Shown piece by piece: positions 20,045 through 30,310 of a DNA stretch of 64,000 bases. This stretch comes from Pseudomonas sp. (GTDB taxonomy: Bacteria > Pseudomonadota > Gammaproteobacteria > Pseudomonadales > Pseudomonadaceae). A program made the translations under genes and the position numbers. Location of the stretch: contig JBOFCR010000062.1 in NCBI GenBank assembly GCA_051646165.1, positions 785-64,784 on the forward strand, in the 5' to 3' direction. Position 1 is the first letter of the stretch, and every line of letters begins with the position of its first letter. The notes beneath the pieces were generated by a model. That model did no database searches. It had not been told where the DNA came from and saw only the letters and a program-made list of their open reading frames with translations.

Positions 20045-20668
20045 CTATTCCGATTGAGAGGTTTGTGCCACCTCGGCCAGGCCTTGGCGCACGCGGTTGA
20101 CCAGGGTTGCCAGTAGCAGCAGGAGAAGCACTGCCAGCAGCCCGTTTATCCAAGACGACGGCAGCAGGCCAGACGCCACACCGGCGCCCAGCACACCGAA
20201 GCAGAAGGCGCGGTCGCTCTTGCCCATCGGGCCATCGTAGCGCCGCGTGGCACCAACCATGGGGCCGAGCACGCCGGCGTATTCGCTGATCACCGCCAGC
20301 ACCACCACCAGCACCACCAGGGTCGGCGAGACACCGACCAGCAGGGCGAAAGGCAGATACAGGGCGCTGTCGGCGACCACGTCGCTCAGTTCGTTGAGGT
20401 AGGCGCCGAGCTTGGATTGCTGGCCGAACTCGCGGGCCAGCATGCCATCCACGGCGTTGAGGGCCATGCGCAGCAGCATCCAAAGTGGGATCAGGGCAAA
20501 CAGCCAAGTGTAATGCGGCAACCAGGCCAGCAGCGCGCCGAGCAGCACCGAGACTAGCGCTGCGGCCAGGGTCACCTGGTTGGCGGTAACGCCGCAGTCG
20601 AACAGGCGTTGCACGCCAGGGCGCAGCAGATTCTGGAAGCGTGGCTTGAGCTGGTAGATGGACGGCAT
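20045..20668 (-). CDS. ynbA: CDP-alcohol phosphatidyltransferase family (YnbA-like)
   Basis: NAVDGMLARE...GAYLNELSDVVAD, GPMGKSDRA. Confidence 0.88.
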   Translation of the reverse strand: MPSIYQLKPRFQNLLRPGVQRLFDCGVTANQVTLAAALVSVLLGALLAWLPHYTWLFALIPLWMLLRMALNAVDGMLAREFGQQSKLGAYLNELSDVVADSALYLPFALLVGVSPTLVVLVVVLAVISEYAGVLGPMVGATRRYDGPMGKSDRAFCFGVLGAGVASGLLPSSWINGLLAVLLLLLLATLVNRVRQGLAEVAQTSQSE

Positions 20669-20876
20669 GGAGCGAAATTCCCTTTCACGAAATGCGAGTC
20701 CGCCTAGCTTAACCGCTTTAGCACAGGGCCGTTCCGGCAAGACTGTGCGGCATTGCCGAATTCCCCAAGCCGGGTGGCCGGGAAAAACTTATGCCCCGCC
20801 GGGGGGAGATCGATCGATTAGAGAATATTCATTTAGATCATGAAGTTACGATCCGTAATGGCACTGCGCCGGTATT

Positions 20877-20896
20877 TTTTGCACAGCTTATCCACA
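20877..20896 (+). promoter_or_regulatory. Two tandem DnaA boxes
   Basis: TTTTGCACA (20877-20885) and perfect TTATCCACA (20888-20896), both fitting TTWTNCACA, 11 bp apart. Confidence 0.6.
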
Positions 20897-20903
20897 GCTG
20901 CGG

Positions 20904-21677
20904 TCAGGTCGCGCTGGAGGCATCCAGCGGGCTGGCCAGCGGGGCCACAGCGGAGATCTGCTGCTGGGTCTGACAGACCCAGGCGAAGGCACGCTCGTTG
21001 AGTTCGGCAATGGCACGCGGGCCTTCACCTTCGGCGTACATCAGCGGGCCGATCACCACCTGGATGGTGCCGGGGAATTTGGCCCAGCCCTGCTTGGGCC
21101 AGAACTCGCCGGCGTTGTGGGCGATTGGCAGCACCGGCAGGCCGGCATTCACCGCCAGGGCGGTGCCACCACGGGAGAACTTGCCGATCTGGCCGGGCGG
21201 GATGCGCGTGCCTTCGGGGAACACCAGCACCCAGGCACCCTGCTCGATGCGCTCGGCGCCCTGCTTGGCCAATTGCTTGAGCGCGGCCTTGGGGTTGCTG
21301 CGGTCGATGGCGATGGGCCGCAGCATGGCCATGGCCCAGCCGAAGAACGGCACGTACAGCAGCTCGCGCTTGACCACCTGCGACAGCGGTTCGAAGAAGG
21401 CGGAGAGGAAGAAGGTTTCCCAGGTGCTCTGGTGCTTGGCCAGGATCACGCAGGGCTGCGCCGGGATGTTTTCCAGGCCGTGCACTTCATAGCGGATGCC
21501 GACCATCACTTTGGCCAGCCAGGTGGCGCAACGGCACCAGGTCTGGATCACGAAGCGGTAGCGAGCACGGAAAGGCAGCAGGGGCGCGACGAACACGCAG
21601 AGGATGCACCAGAAGAAGGAGCTGGATGACAGCAGCAGGTAGAAGAAGAAGGTTCTGATGGCCTGCACTGTCGTCAT
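20904..21677 (-). CDS. plsC: 1-acyl-sn-glycerol-3-phosphate acyltransferase (LptA/HdtS type)
   Basis: KHQSTWE and FPEGTR motifs; synteny with gmhB-glyS. Confidence 0.92.
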   Translation of the reverse strand: MTTVQAIRTFFFYLLLSSSSFFWCILCVFVAPLLPFRARYRFVIQTWCRCATWLAKVMVGIRYEVHGLENIPAQPCVILAKHQSTWETFFLSAFFEPLSQVVKRELLYVPFFGWAMAMLRPIAIDRSNPKAALKQLAKQGAERIEQGAWVLVFPEGTRIPPGQIGKFSRGGTALAVNAGLPVLPIAHNAGEFWPKQGWAKFPGTIQVVIGPLMYAEGEGPRAIAELNERAFAWVCQTQQQISAVAPLASPLDASSAT

Positions 21678-21692
21678 GGGGGCTCGCGTTCT

Positions 21693-22223
21693 CTAGAGAA
21701 GAAGCTGATCGGCAACCGCCGCCAGATCATCGAATATCAGGGTTCCCGCTGGCAATGGCTTGGCCAGGGTACGTTCACCCTTACCAGTTTTTACCAATAC
21801 GGGCTGGCAATGGACGGCCAGCGCCGCGTCGAGGTCACCGCTGCTGTCGCCGACGAACCACACGCCTGCCAGTTCTGTGCCGTAGTGCGCGGCAATCTGC
21901 TGCAACATCCCTGGCTTCGGTTTGCGGCAGGCACAGCCGTCGTTCGGGCCGTGCGGGCAATGCACGATCAGGCCGACTTCGCCGCCTTGCTCGGCCACCA
22001 GCTGGCGCAGGCGCGCGTGCATCGACTCGAGGGTGGCTTCGTCGTAATAGCCGCGCGCCAGGCCTGACTGATTAGTGGCTACGGCCACGGTCCAGCCGGC
22101 CTTGCTCAGGCGCGCGATGGCAGCGATGGCGTCCGGAATCGGCAGCCATTCGTCGAGGGATTTGATATAGGCGTCGGAGTCTTCATTGATGACGCCGTCG
22201 CGGTCGAGAATCAGCAGTTTCAT
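21693..22223 (-). CDS. gmhB: D-glycero-beta-D-manno-heptose 1,7-bisphosphate 7-phosphatase
   Basis: LDRDGVIN HAD motif, CPHGPNDGCACRKP zinc site. Confidence 0.93.
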   Translation of the reverse strand: MKLLILDRDGVINEDSDAYIKSLDEWLPIPDAIAAIARLSKAGWTVAVATNQSGLARGYYDEATLESMHARLRQLVAEQGGEVGLIVHCPHGPNDGCACRKPKPGMLQQIAAHYGTELAGVWFVGDSSGDLDAALAVHCQPVLVKTGKGERTLAKPLPAGTLIFDDLAAVADQLLL

Positions 22224-22268
22224 GCAGTTACCCAGGCGACCGGGCGGCATGCGCCGCCCGGCAACCCG

Positions 22269-24323
22269 TCAGCCCAGCAGGGAGATATCGGCGACGCCGA
22301 GGAACAGGCCGCGCAGCTGGTTGAGCAGCGCATAGCGGTTGGCGCGTACGGCGACGTCATCGGCATTGACCATCACCGCGTCGAAGTACGCATCCACTGG
22401 CTCGCGCAGGCTGGCCAGCTGGGCCAGGGCTTCGCGGTAGCTGCGTGCAGCAGCCAGCGGGGCCACGGCCTGGGCGGCAGCGGCTACGGCTTGGGCCAGG
22501 GCCTGTTCGGCACCGGCTTCCAGCAGGGCGCTGTTCAGCGTGGCCGGCAACTCGCCTTCGGCTTTGGCCAGGATGTTCGACACGCGCTTGTTGGCGGCAG
22601 CCAGGGCGGCGGCTTGTGGCAGCTGACGGAAGGCCTGCACGGCCTGCACGCGCTGGTCGAAGTCCAGCGGCGCGGCCGGGCTGAGGGCACGCACGGCCTG
22701 GTACACGGCCACTTCTACACCTTCGTCCTCGTAGCGCGCACGCAGGCGGTCGAAGATGAAGTCCAGCACTTGCTGGGCCAGGCCTGCGGCCTTGACCTTG
22801 TCGCCGTACAGGCCGATGGCGAAGGCCACGGTTTCGACCAGGTCGAGGTCCAGCTGTTTCTCGATCAGGATACGCAGCACGCCCAGCGCGGCGCGGCGCA
22901 GGGCGTAGGGGTCCTTGGAGCCGGTCGGCAGCATGCCGATACCGAAGATGCCGACCAGGGTGTCGAGCTTGTCGGCCACGGCCACGGCAGCCCCGGTGAG
23001 GGTCTGCGGCAGCTCGGCGCCGGCGCCGCGCGGCATGTACTGTTCGTTCAGCGCCTGGGCTACATCGTCGGCTTCGCCATCATGCTTGGCGTAGTAGTAA
23101 CCGGCGATGCCCTGCATTTCCGGGAACTCGCCGACCATCTCGCTGGCCAGGTCGCACTTGGAGAGGATACCGGCACGTGCCGCGCGGCTGGCGTCGCCGC
23201 CGATGCGCTCGGCGATAAAGGCCGCGAGTTTCGATACCCGCTCGGCCTTGTTGAACACGCTGCCGAGCTGGGCCTGGAACACCACGTTGGCCAAGCGCTC
23301 GTTGCGCTTCTCCAGCGGCTGGCGCTTGTCCTGCTTGAAGAAGAACTCGGCGTCGGTGAGGCGCGGGCGCACCACTTTCTCGTTGCCGGAAACGATCTGC
23401 GCCGGGTCTTTCGACTCGATGTTGGCCACGGTGATAAAGCGCGGCAGCAGCTTGCCGTTGCCGTCCAGCAGGCAGAAGTACTTCTGATTGTCCTGCATGG
23501 TGGTGATCAGGGCTTCCTGCGGTACGCCGAGGAAGCGCTCCTCGAACGAGCAGACCAGCGGCACCGGCCATTCGACCAGGGCGCTGACTTCATCCAGCAG
23601 GGCCGGCGGCACGATGGCGCTGCCGTTCTCGGCCTTGGCCAGCTCGGCGACGCGGGCGTCGATCTGCGCGCGGCGTTCGGCGAAGTCGGCAATCACATAG
23701 GCAGCGCGCAGGTCTTCGGCGTACTGCGCCGGGCTGCTGATCTGCACGTCACGGTTGGCGTGGAAGCGGTGGCCGCGGGAGATGCGGCCGGACTGCTGGG
23801 CGAGGATCTGGCAGTCGATCACGGCATCGCCGAACAGCATCACCAACCACTGGCTCGGGCGGACGAACTCGGTCTTGCCGGCGCCCCAGCGCATGCGCTT
23901 GGGAATCGGCAGGTCGTTCAGCGAGGCTTCGACGATGCCCGGCAGCAGGGCGGCGGCCGGTTGGCCGGCGATCGATTGGCTGAATTTCAGCTTGGGCCCG
24001 CTCTGGTCGATCTGGCTCAGCTCGACGCCACACTTCTTGGCGAAGCCCAGCGCGGCCTGGGTCGGGTTGCCGTCCTTGTCGAAGGCGGCTTGCACGGGCG
24101 GACCGTCGAGGTTGACGGTGCGGTCCGGCTGCTGCGCGGCGAGTTGTTCGACCAGCACGGCCAGGCGGCGTGGCGCGGCGTAGAAGCGCGCCTTGGCGTA
24201 GCTCAGGCCGGCGGCCTTGAGGCCTTTTTCCACGCCGGCGAGGAAGGCTTCGCCGAGGCTTTTCAGCGCTTTGGGTGGCAGCTCTTCGGTGCCCAGTTCA
24301 ACCAGAAAATCTTGAGCACTCAT
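22269..24323 (-). CDS. glyS: Glycine-tRNA ligase beta subunit
   Basis: [29 protein letters not shown]. Confidence 0.97.
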   Translation of the reverse strand: MSAQDFLVELGTEELPPKALKSLGEAFLAGVEKGLKAAGLSYAKARFYAAPRRLAVLVEQLAAQQPDRTVNLDGPPVQAAFDKDGNPTQAALGFAKKCGVELSQIDQSGPKLKFSQSIAGQPAAALLPGIVEASLNDLPIPKRMRWGAGKTEFVRPSQWLVMLFGDAVIDCQILAQQSGRISRGHRFHANRDVQISSPAQYAEDLRAAYVIADFAERRAQIDARVAELAKAENGSAIVPPALLDEVSALVEWPVPLVCSFEERFLGVPQEALITTMQDNQKYFCLLDGNGKLLPRFITVANIESKDPAQIVSGNEKVVRPRLTDAEFFFKQDKRQPLEKRNERLANVVFQAQLGSVFNKAERVSKLAAFIAERIGGDASRAARAGILSKCDLASEMVGEFPEMQGIAGYYYAKHDGEADDVAQALNEQYMPRGAGAELPQTLTGAAVAVADKLDTLVGIFGIGMLPTGSKDPYALRRAALGVLRILIEKQLDLDLVETVAFAIGLYGDKVKAAGLAQQVLDFIFDRLRARYEDEGVEVAVYQAVRALSPAAPLDFDQRVQAVQAFRQLPQAAALAAANKRVSNILAKAEGELPATLNSALLEAGAEQALAQAVAAAAQAVAPLAAARSYREALAQLASLREPVDAYFDAVMVNADDVAVRANRYALLNQLRGLFLGVADISLLG

Positions 24324-25267
24324 TCTGCAGCCTCCAGCTTAGCCAGCACTTCGTCACGCAATTCGGGGGTGGCCATCGGGAAGCCGAGCTTGGCGCGGGC
24401 CAGCAGGTAGCTCTGGGCGATGTTCCGCGCCAGGGCGCGTACGCGCAGGATGTACTGCTGGCGCGCGGTCACCGAGATGGCGCGGCGGGCGTCGAGCAGG
24501 TTGAAGCTGTGCGAGGCCTTGATCACCATTTCGTAGGCCGGCAGCGGCAGCTGCAGCTCCATCAGGCGGTTGGCTTCGGACTCGTAGAAGTCGAACAGGT
24601 CGAACAGCTTGTCGACGTTGGCGTGTTCGAAGTTGAAGGTGGACTGCTCCACTTCGTTCTGGTGGAACACGTCGCCGTAGGTGACCTTGCCGAACGGGCC
24701 ATCGGAGTAGACCAGGTCATACACCGAGTCGACGCCCTGCAGGTACATGGCCAGGCGCTCGAGGCCGTAGGTGATTTCGCCGGTGACCGGGTAGCACTCG
24801 ACGCCGCCGACCTGCTGGAAGTAGGTGAACTGGGTGACTTCCATGCCGTTCAGCCAGACTTCCCAGCCCAGGCCCCAGGCACCGAGGGTCGGCGATTCCC
24901 AGTTGTCTTCGACGAAGCGGATGTCGTGCACCAGGGTGTCGACGCCGATGCGGCGCAGCGACTCCAGGTACAGGTCCTGGATGTTCGCCGGGTTCGGCTT
25001 GAGCACCACCTGGAACTGGTAGTAGTGCTGCAGGCGGTTGGGGTTCTCGCCGTAGCGGCCATCGGCCGGGCGGCGCGAGGGCTGCACGTAGGCGGCGTTC
25101 CAGGTTTCCGGGCCGACGGCACGCAGGAAGGTGGCGGTGTGGAAGGTACCGGCGCCCATTTCCATGTCATAGGGCTGCAGGATCACGCAGCCCTGCTCGG
25201 CCCAGTAGCTTTGCAGGGCAAGGATCAGACCTTGGAAGGTGCTTACGTCGGGCGTAGTCTGGCTCAC
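24320..25267 (-). CDS. glyQ: Glycine-tRNA ligase alpha subunit
   Basis: [35 protein letters not shown]; GTG start at 25267. Confidence 0.97.
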   Translation of the reverse strand: MSQTTPDVSTFQGLILALQSYWAEQGCVILQPYDMEMGAGTFHTATFLRAVGPETWNAAYVQPSRRPADGRYGENPNRLQHYYQFQVVLKPNPANIQDLYLESLRRIGVDTLVHDIRFVEDNWESPTLGAWGLGWEVWLNGMEVTQFTYFQQVGGVECYPVTGEITYGLERLAMYLQGVDSVYDLVYSDGPFGKVTYGDVFHQNEVEQSTFNFEHANVDKLFDLFDFYESEANRLMELQLPLPAYEMVIKASHSFNLLDARRAISVTARQQYILRVRALARNIAQSYLLARAKLGFPMATPELRDEVLAKLEAAE

Positions 25268-25486
25268 GAATTTCACCGATAGCGGGGTGTTGGCGTAAAG
25301 CCGCGCAGTATACCCGATCAAACCCGCACGGGAGATGGCGGCCGCCAGGCCGGGATAGCGCGCAAAGCCGGGGTTCTGCCAGCGCTGCCCGGCGGGTGTT
25401 GATCAGCCCGTGCGCACGGGAGGCGAGGTACCCTGTAGCATTACTGCCCCTTGCCAGTCCCGGCAGCGCTTATTCAGGCCTTTTCC

Positions 25487-26704
25487 ATGTCAGTCGAACC
25501 CTTGCCCTCCGCCGCCACTGCCGCCCGCGACGAGTTTCTCGCCCTGCTGGAAATCAGCGTGGTGCAGAACACCCTGGTCAAGCTGCTGCTGAGCAAATAC
25601 CAGGGCGGGGAAGCCGAGCTGCAGCGCCTGACCATTCGCCCGGTGAGCGTGCGCGGCCAGGCCTGCCTGTCGTTCGTCTCGACCTACAAGACCCGCGATA
25701 TCACCAAGAACCTGCCCGTGGCCGAAGCCCTGGTGCATATCGCCAGCCTGCTGCCGGCGGCGTTCAAGAACGCCCACCTGCTGTCGCTGACCGACGATGT
25801 GCAGCTGACCTTCGGCAAGAAGGACAAGGCGCGCCTGTTCGTCGGCAAAGCGCTTGAGCGCGAAGCGCCTGCCGCCGGCCATGACCGGGAGAAGAAGCGC
25901 TTTCTCGAACTGAGCCGACCCTTCCTTACCGATTTGGGAGTGACTACCGCCAAGCACGAGCTGGTGCCGGCGATGGCGCGCAAGTGGAAGCAGATCAACA
26001 AGTTCATCGAGGTGTTTTCCCACGCCTTGAGCCACTCGCCGCTGCAGCAGCGCGACCCGCAGCTGCCGATCCATGCGGTCGACTTTGGTTCGGGCAAGGG
26101 CTACCTGACCTTCGCCATGCACGACTACCTGCGCAACAGCCTGGGCCTGCAAGGCCAGGTCACCGGCGTGGAATTGCGCGAAGACATGGTGCGCCTGGGC
26201 AATACGGCTGCCGCCCGCCTGGAACAGCCGGGCCTGCGCTTCGAGCATGGCGATGTGCGCACCTACACCCCGGCCGCCATCGACGTGATGATCGCCCTGC
26301 ACGCCTGTGATGTGGCCACCGACTATGCCCTGCACCTGGGTATCCGCAGCGGTGCGGCGATCATCATGTGCTCGCCCTGCTGCCACAAGCAGATCCGCCC
26401 GCAGATGCAGATGCCGAGCCTGCTCAAGCCCATGCTGCAATACGGTGTGCACCTGGGGCAGGAAGCCGAGATGGTCACCGACAGCCTGCGCGCCCTGCTG
26501 TTGGAAGCCAGCGGCTATGAAACCAAGGTGTTCGAGTTCGTCTCCCTGGAGCACACCAACAAGAACAAGATGATTCTTGCGGTGAAGCGCCCCGAGCCGG
26601 TGGAGCCGAACGCGCTGCTGGAGAAGATCCAGGGCATCAAGCAGTTCTACGGGATTCAGGAGCACTGCCTGGAAACCCTGCTGCAGGCGGACGGACGCTT
26701 TTAA
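25487..26704 (+). CDS. Class I SAM-dependent methyltransferase
   Basis: VDFGSGKGYLTF, ALHACDVATD, CSPCCHK. Confidence 0.82.
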   Translation: MSVEPLPSAATAARDEFLALLEISVVQNTLVKLLLSKYQGGEAELQRLTIRPVSVRGQACLSFVSTYKTRDITKNLPVAEALVHIASLLPAAFKNAHLLSLTDDVQLTFGKKDKARLFVGKALEREAPAAGHDREKKRFLELSRPFLTDLGVTTAKHELVPAMARKWKQINKFIEVFSHALSHSPLQQRDPQLPIHAVDFGSGKGYLTFAMHDYLRNSLGLQGQVTGVELREDMVRLGNTAAARLEQPGLRFEHGDVRTYTPAAIDVMIALHACDVATDYALHLGIRSGAAIIMCSPCCHKQIRPQMQMPSLLKPMLQYGVHLGQEAEMVTDSLRALLLEASGYETKVFEFVSLEHTNKNKMILAVKRPEPVEPNALLEKIQGIKQFYGIQEHCLETLLQADGRF

Positions 26705-26761
26705 CGGTCACCGTGCGCACTGCGCTACAGTGCGGCACGACTTTCCTTGGGTGTGAATGCC

Positions 26762-27313
26762 ATGCCGCGCTGCTTCTGGTGTAACGACGATCCGCTGTAC
26801 ATCCGTTACCACGACGAGGAGTGGGGTGTGCCTTCGCGTGATGCCCAGCACCTGTTCGAGATGCTGCTGCTGGAAGGTGCTCAGGCCGGGCTGTCGTGGA
26901 TCACCGTGCTGAAGAAGCGCGAGCGCTACCGCCAGGTGCTGTTCGGTTTCGATGCCGAGCGCCTGGCGCTGATGAGCGACGCGGAAATCGAAGAGCGCAT
27001 GCAGGACCCCGGCATCATCCGCAACCGCCTCAAGCTCAAGGCGGCGCGGCAGAACGCCCAGGCCTGGCTCAAGCTGGAAGACCCGGTGACGCTGCTCTGG
27101 TCCTTCGTCGGCGGCGCGCCGAAGATCAACCATTTCAGCGGGCGCGGCGACGTGCCGGCGGTGACGCCCGAGGCCGAGGCGATGAGCAAGGCGTTGAAGA
27201 AGCTCGGCTTCACCTTCGTCGGCCCGACCATCTGCTACGCCTACATGCAGGCCACCGGCATGGTCATGGACCACACGGCCGATTGTGATCGATACGTTGC
27301 CCTGAAAGGCTGA
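26762..27313 (+). CDS. tag: DNA-3-methyladenine glycosylase I
   Basis: RCFW...YHDEEWG, LEGAQAGLSW, GMVMDH. Confidence 0.95.
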   Translation: MPRCFWCNDDPLYIRYHDEEWGVPSRDAQHLFEMLLLEGAQAGLSWITVLKKRERYRQVLFGFDAERLALMSDAEIEERMQDPGIIRNRLKLKAARQNAQAWLKLEDPVTLLWSFVGGAPKINHFSGRGDVPAVTPEAEAMSKALKKLGFTFVGPTICYAYMQATGMVMDHTADCDRYVALKG

Positions 27314-27367
27314 ACCCGACGGTCACAGCCGTTACAATGCCGGCCTTTTGCTATTCGGGAGTTGCTC

Positions 27368-28255
27368 GTGGAGAAGCTCAAAGGCGCTCTAGTCGTCGGT
27401 TTTCTGCGTTTGTTCGCCCTGCTGCCGTGGCGCGCTGCCCAGGCAGTCGGTGGCGCTATCGGCTGGCTGATGTGGAAGCTGCCGAACCGCTCGCGCGAGG
27501 TGGTGCGGATCAACCTGGCCAAGTGCTTCCCCGAACTCGACGAAGCTGCCCGTGAGCGCCTGGTCGGGCAGAGCCTGCGCGATATCGGCAAGACCCTGAC
27601 CGAAAGTGCCTGCGCCTGGATCTGGCCGGCGCAAAAATCGCTGCGAATGATCCGCCAGGTGGAGGGCAGCGAAGTGCTGCAGGCCGCGCTGGCCAGCGGC
27701 AAGGGCGTGGTGCTGCTGAGCAGTCACCTGGGCAACTGGGAACTGCTGCTGCAGTACGTCAGCTCGATCTGCCAGCCGATCATTCTCTATCGCCCGCAGA
27801 AGCTGCAGGCGGTGGACGATCTGCTGGTCAAGCAGCGCACCCAGCTGGGCAACCAGATGGCGTCGTCGACCAAGGAAGGCATCCTCAGCCTGATCAAGAC
27901 CGTGCGCAAAGGCGGGGTTGCCGGGATTGCCGCCGACCCCGAGCCGAGTGTATCCAGCGGTGTGTTCGTGCCGTTCTTCGGCGTGCCGGCGCTGACCAGC
28001 AAGTTCGTGCCCTCACTGGTGAAGGGGCGCAAGGCCGAGGCGGTGTTCATGCACGCCCTGCGTCTGGATGACGGCAGCGGTTACCGGGTGGTGATCGAGG
28101 CGGCGCCGGAGGCTATCTACGGTGAGGACATCGAGGCGGCGGTGGCAGCGCTCAACCAGGGTATCGAGAAACAGGTCAGCCAGGCGCCGAGCCAATACAT
28201 GTGGAGCATGAAGCGCTTCAAGAAGCGCCCGGACGGTGAGAAGAAGTGGTATTGA
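27368..28255 (+). CDS. htrB: Lipid A biosynthesis lauroyl acyltransferase family
   Basis: HLGNWE, ADPEP, QYMWSMKRFK. Confidence 0.85.
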   Translation: MEKLKGALVVGFLRLFALLPWRAAQAVGGAIGWLMWKLPNRSREVVRINLAKCFPELDEAARERLVGQSLRDIGKTLTESACAWIWPAQKSLRMIRQVEGSEVLQAALASGKGVVLLSSHLGNWELLLQYVSSICQPIILYRPQKLQAVDDLLVKQRTQLGNQMASSTKEGILSLIKTVRKGGVAGIAADPEPSVSSGVFVPFFGVPALTSKFVPSLVKGRKAEAVFMHALRLDDGSGYRVVIEAAPEAIYGEDIEAAVAALNQGIEKQVSQAPSQYMWSMKRFKKRPDGEKKWY

Positions 28256-28315
28256 TGCGCAAGGCATTAGCCAGTACCGTTTGAAGCAACTCCAGCCCAT
28301 AACAACAGGACAGGC

Positions 28316-28588
28316 ATGGACAACAAGCGCGAGCACAACCGCAGCCCGCTCAAGGTTCAGCTGCGTATCGACCATCCACTGCATGGCCAGTTGATGGTGA
28401 CCACCCGCGACATTTCCGAGAAAGGTGTGTTCGTGGTTATCGACGATGCCCAGCGCCTGCTGACGATCGGCGAAGTGGTCAGCGGCCAGGTCCAGGGCCT
28501 GCCGATGGAAGCGCCGGTGGTGCAGATGCAGGTGGTGCGTTTCGAGCCCAGTGGGGTGGCGCTGGTGTTCCAGCGCGACGAAGACTAG
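28316..28588 (+). CDS. PilZ domain protein
   Basis: REHNR (RxxxR) and DISEKG (DxSxxG). Confidence 0.85.
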   Translation: MDNKREHNRSPLKVQLRIDHPLHGQLMVTTRDISEKGVFVVIDDAQRLLTIGEVVSGQVQGLPMEAPVVQMQVVRFEPSGVALVFQRDED

Positions 28589-28914
28589 GCGCCCTCTCCC
28601 GCCGCCTTCTCCAGGCGGCGCAGAAACACCGTCATTTCCTTTTCCGTCTGCTTGTCGCCGCGCTTGCGCGCCACTTCCAGGCCGTTGTGCCAGGCCTGGC
28701 GCGCTTCCTCGAGCATGCCCTGGCGCTGGCAGGCCTGGCCCAGCAGCTTCCACGCCGCCGAATAGTTGGGATCGAAGCGCAGACAGTGCTGCAGGTGCTC
28801 GGCCGCCTGCTCGGCCTGGCCGTCATCCAGATAGGCCTTGCCCAGGCCGAAGCGCAGCAGGGCGTTGTCCACCCCGCGGGCCAGCAACTTTTCCAGGGAA
28901 TCCGGAGTAGTCAT
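28585..28914 (-). CDS. Tetratricopeptide-repeat protein
   Basis: LRFGLGKAYL, DPNYSAAWKLLG, GDKQTEKEMTVFLRRL. Confidence 0.8.
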   Translation of the reverse strand: MTTPDSLEKLLARGVDNALLRFGLGKAYLDDGQAEQAAEHLQHCLRFDPNYSAAWKLLGQACQRQGMLEEARQAWHNGLEVARKRGDKQTEKEMTVFLRRLEKAAGEGA

Positions 28915-28924
28915 GCAGCGCGTC

Positions 28925-30298
28925 TCAGAAAAAGGTCAAACCAACCTGGAACAAGCGTTCTACGTCGCGAATGTACTTCTTGTCGACCAGGAACAGGATG
29001 ACGTGGTCGCCAGACTCGATCAGCGTATCGTCGTGGGCAATCAGCACTTCCTCGTCGCGGATGATCGCACCGATGGTGGTGCCCGGCGGCAGGCTGACTT
29101 CGCCAATCATCCGGCCGATCACCTTGCTCGACTTGGCATCACCATGGGCAATGGCTTCGATGGCCTCGGCCGCGCCACGGCGTAGCGAGTGCACGCTCTC
29201 GATGTCGCCACGGCGCACGTGGGTCAGCAGGGTACCGATGGTGGCCAGCTGCGGGCTGATGGCGATGTCGATGTCGCCGCCCTGGACCAGGTCGACGTAG
29301 GCCGGGTTGTTGATGATGGTCATCACCTTGCGCGCGCCGAGGCGCTTGGCCAGCAAGGACGACATGATGTTGGCCTCGTCATCGTTGGTCAGGGCCAGGA
29401 AGATGTCCGCCTCGTTGATGTTCTCTTCCACCAGCAGGTCGCGGTCGGAAGCGCTGCCCTGCAGGACGATGGTGCTTTCCAGGTTCTCCGAGAGGTAGCG
29501 GCAGCGCGCCGGGTTCATCTCGATGATCTTCACCTGGTAGCGGCTCTCGATGGCCTCGGCCAGGCGTTCGCCAATATGCCCGCCGCCGGCGATGACGATG
29601 CGCTTGTAGCTGTCTTCCAGACGGCGCATCTCACTCATCACCGCCCGGATATGGGCCTTGGCGGCGATGAAGAACACCTCGTCATCGGCTTCGATCACCG
29701 TGTCGCCCTGCGGCATGATCGGCCGATTGCGGCGGAAGATCGCCGCCACTCGCGTATCCACATTGGGCATATGCTGGCGCAGCTGCTTGAGCTGCTGGCC
29801 GACCAGCGGGCCGCCGTAGTAGGCCTTGACCGCCACCAGTTGGGCTTTGCCCTCGGCGAAGTCGATCACCTGCAGTGCACCGGGGTGCTCGATCAGGCGC
29901 TTGATGTAGTTGGTCACCACCTGCTCGGGGCTGATCAGCACGTCGACCGGAATCGCCTCGTTGTCGAACAACGCCTCGCGGGTCAGGTAGGCGGATTCGC
30001 GTACCCGGGCGATCTTGGTCGGGGTGTGGAACAGGGTGTAGGCCACCTGGCAGGCGACCATGTTGACTTCGTCGCTGTTGGTCACCGCTACCAGCATGTC
30101 GGCGTCGTCGGCACCGGCCTGGCGCAGCACGGTGGGGAACGAGCCACGGCCAATTACGGTGCGGATGTCGAGGCGGTCGCCGAGCTCGCGCAGGCGCTCG
30201 GCGTCGGTGTCGACCACGGTGATGTCGTTGGCTTCGCCGGCCAGGTGTTCCGCCAGTGTGCCGCCGACCTGGCCAGCACCGAGGATGATGATTTTCAC
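28925..30298 (-). CDS. trkA: Trk potassium uptake system NAD-binding subunit
   Basis: Two RCK domains (GAGQVG, GGGHIG). Confidence 0.96.
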   Translation of the reverse strand: MKIIILGAGQVGGTLAEHLAGEANDITVVDTDAERLRELGDRLDIRTVIGRGSFPTVLRQAGADDADMLVAVTNSDEVNMVACQVAYTLFHTPTKIARVRESAYLTREALFDNEAIPVDVLISPEQVVTNYIKRLIEHPGALQVIDFAEGKAQLVAVKAYYGGPLVGQQLKQLRQHMPNVDTRVAAIFRRNRPIMPQGDTVIEADDEVFFIAAKAHIRAVMSEMRRLEDSYKRIVIAGGGHIGERLAEAIESRYQVKIIEMNPARCRYLSENLESTIVLQGSASDRDLLVEENINEADIFLALTNDDEANIMSSLLAKRLGARKVMTIINNPAYVDLVQGGDIDIAISPQLATIGTLLTHVRRGDIESVHSLRRGAAEAIEAIAHGDAKSSKVIGRMIGEVSLPPGTTIGAIIRDEEVLIAHDDTLIESGDHVILFLVDKKYIRDVERLFQVGLTFF

Positions 30299-30310
30299 GC
30301 GATCACTCCG

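Noticed and set aside
24654-24669. GTGGAACA half-parS matches in glyQ (similar ones in gyrB and trkA)
   Set aside because: Half-sites only; the other half does not match.
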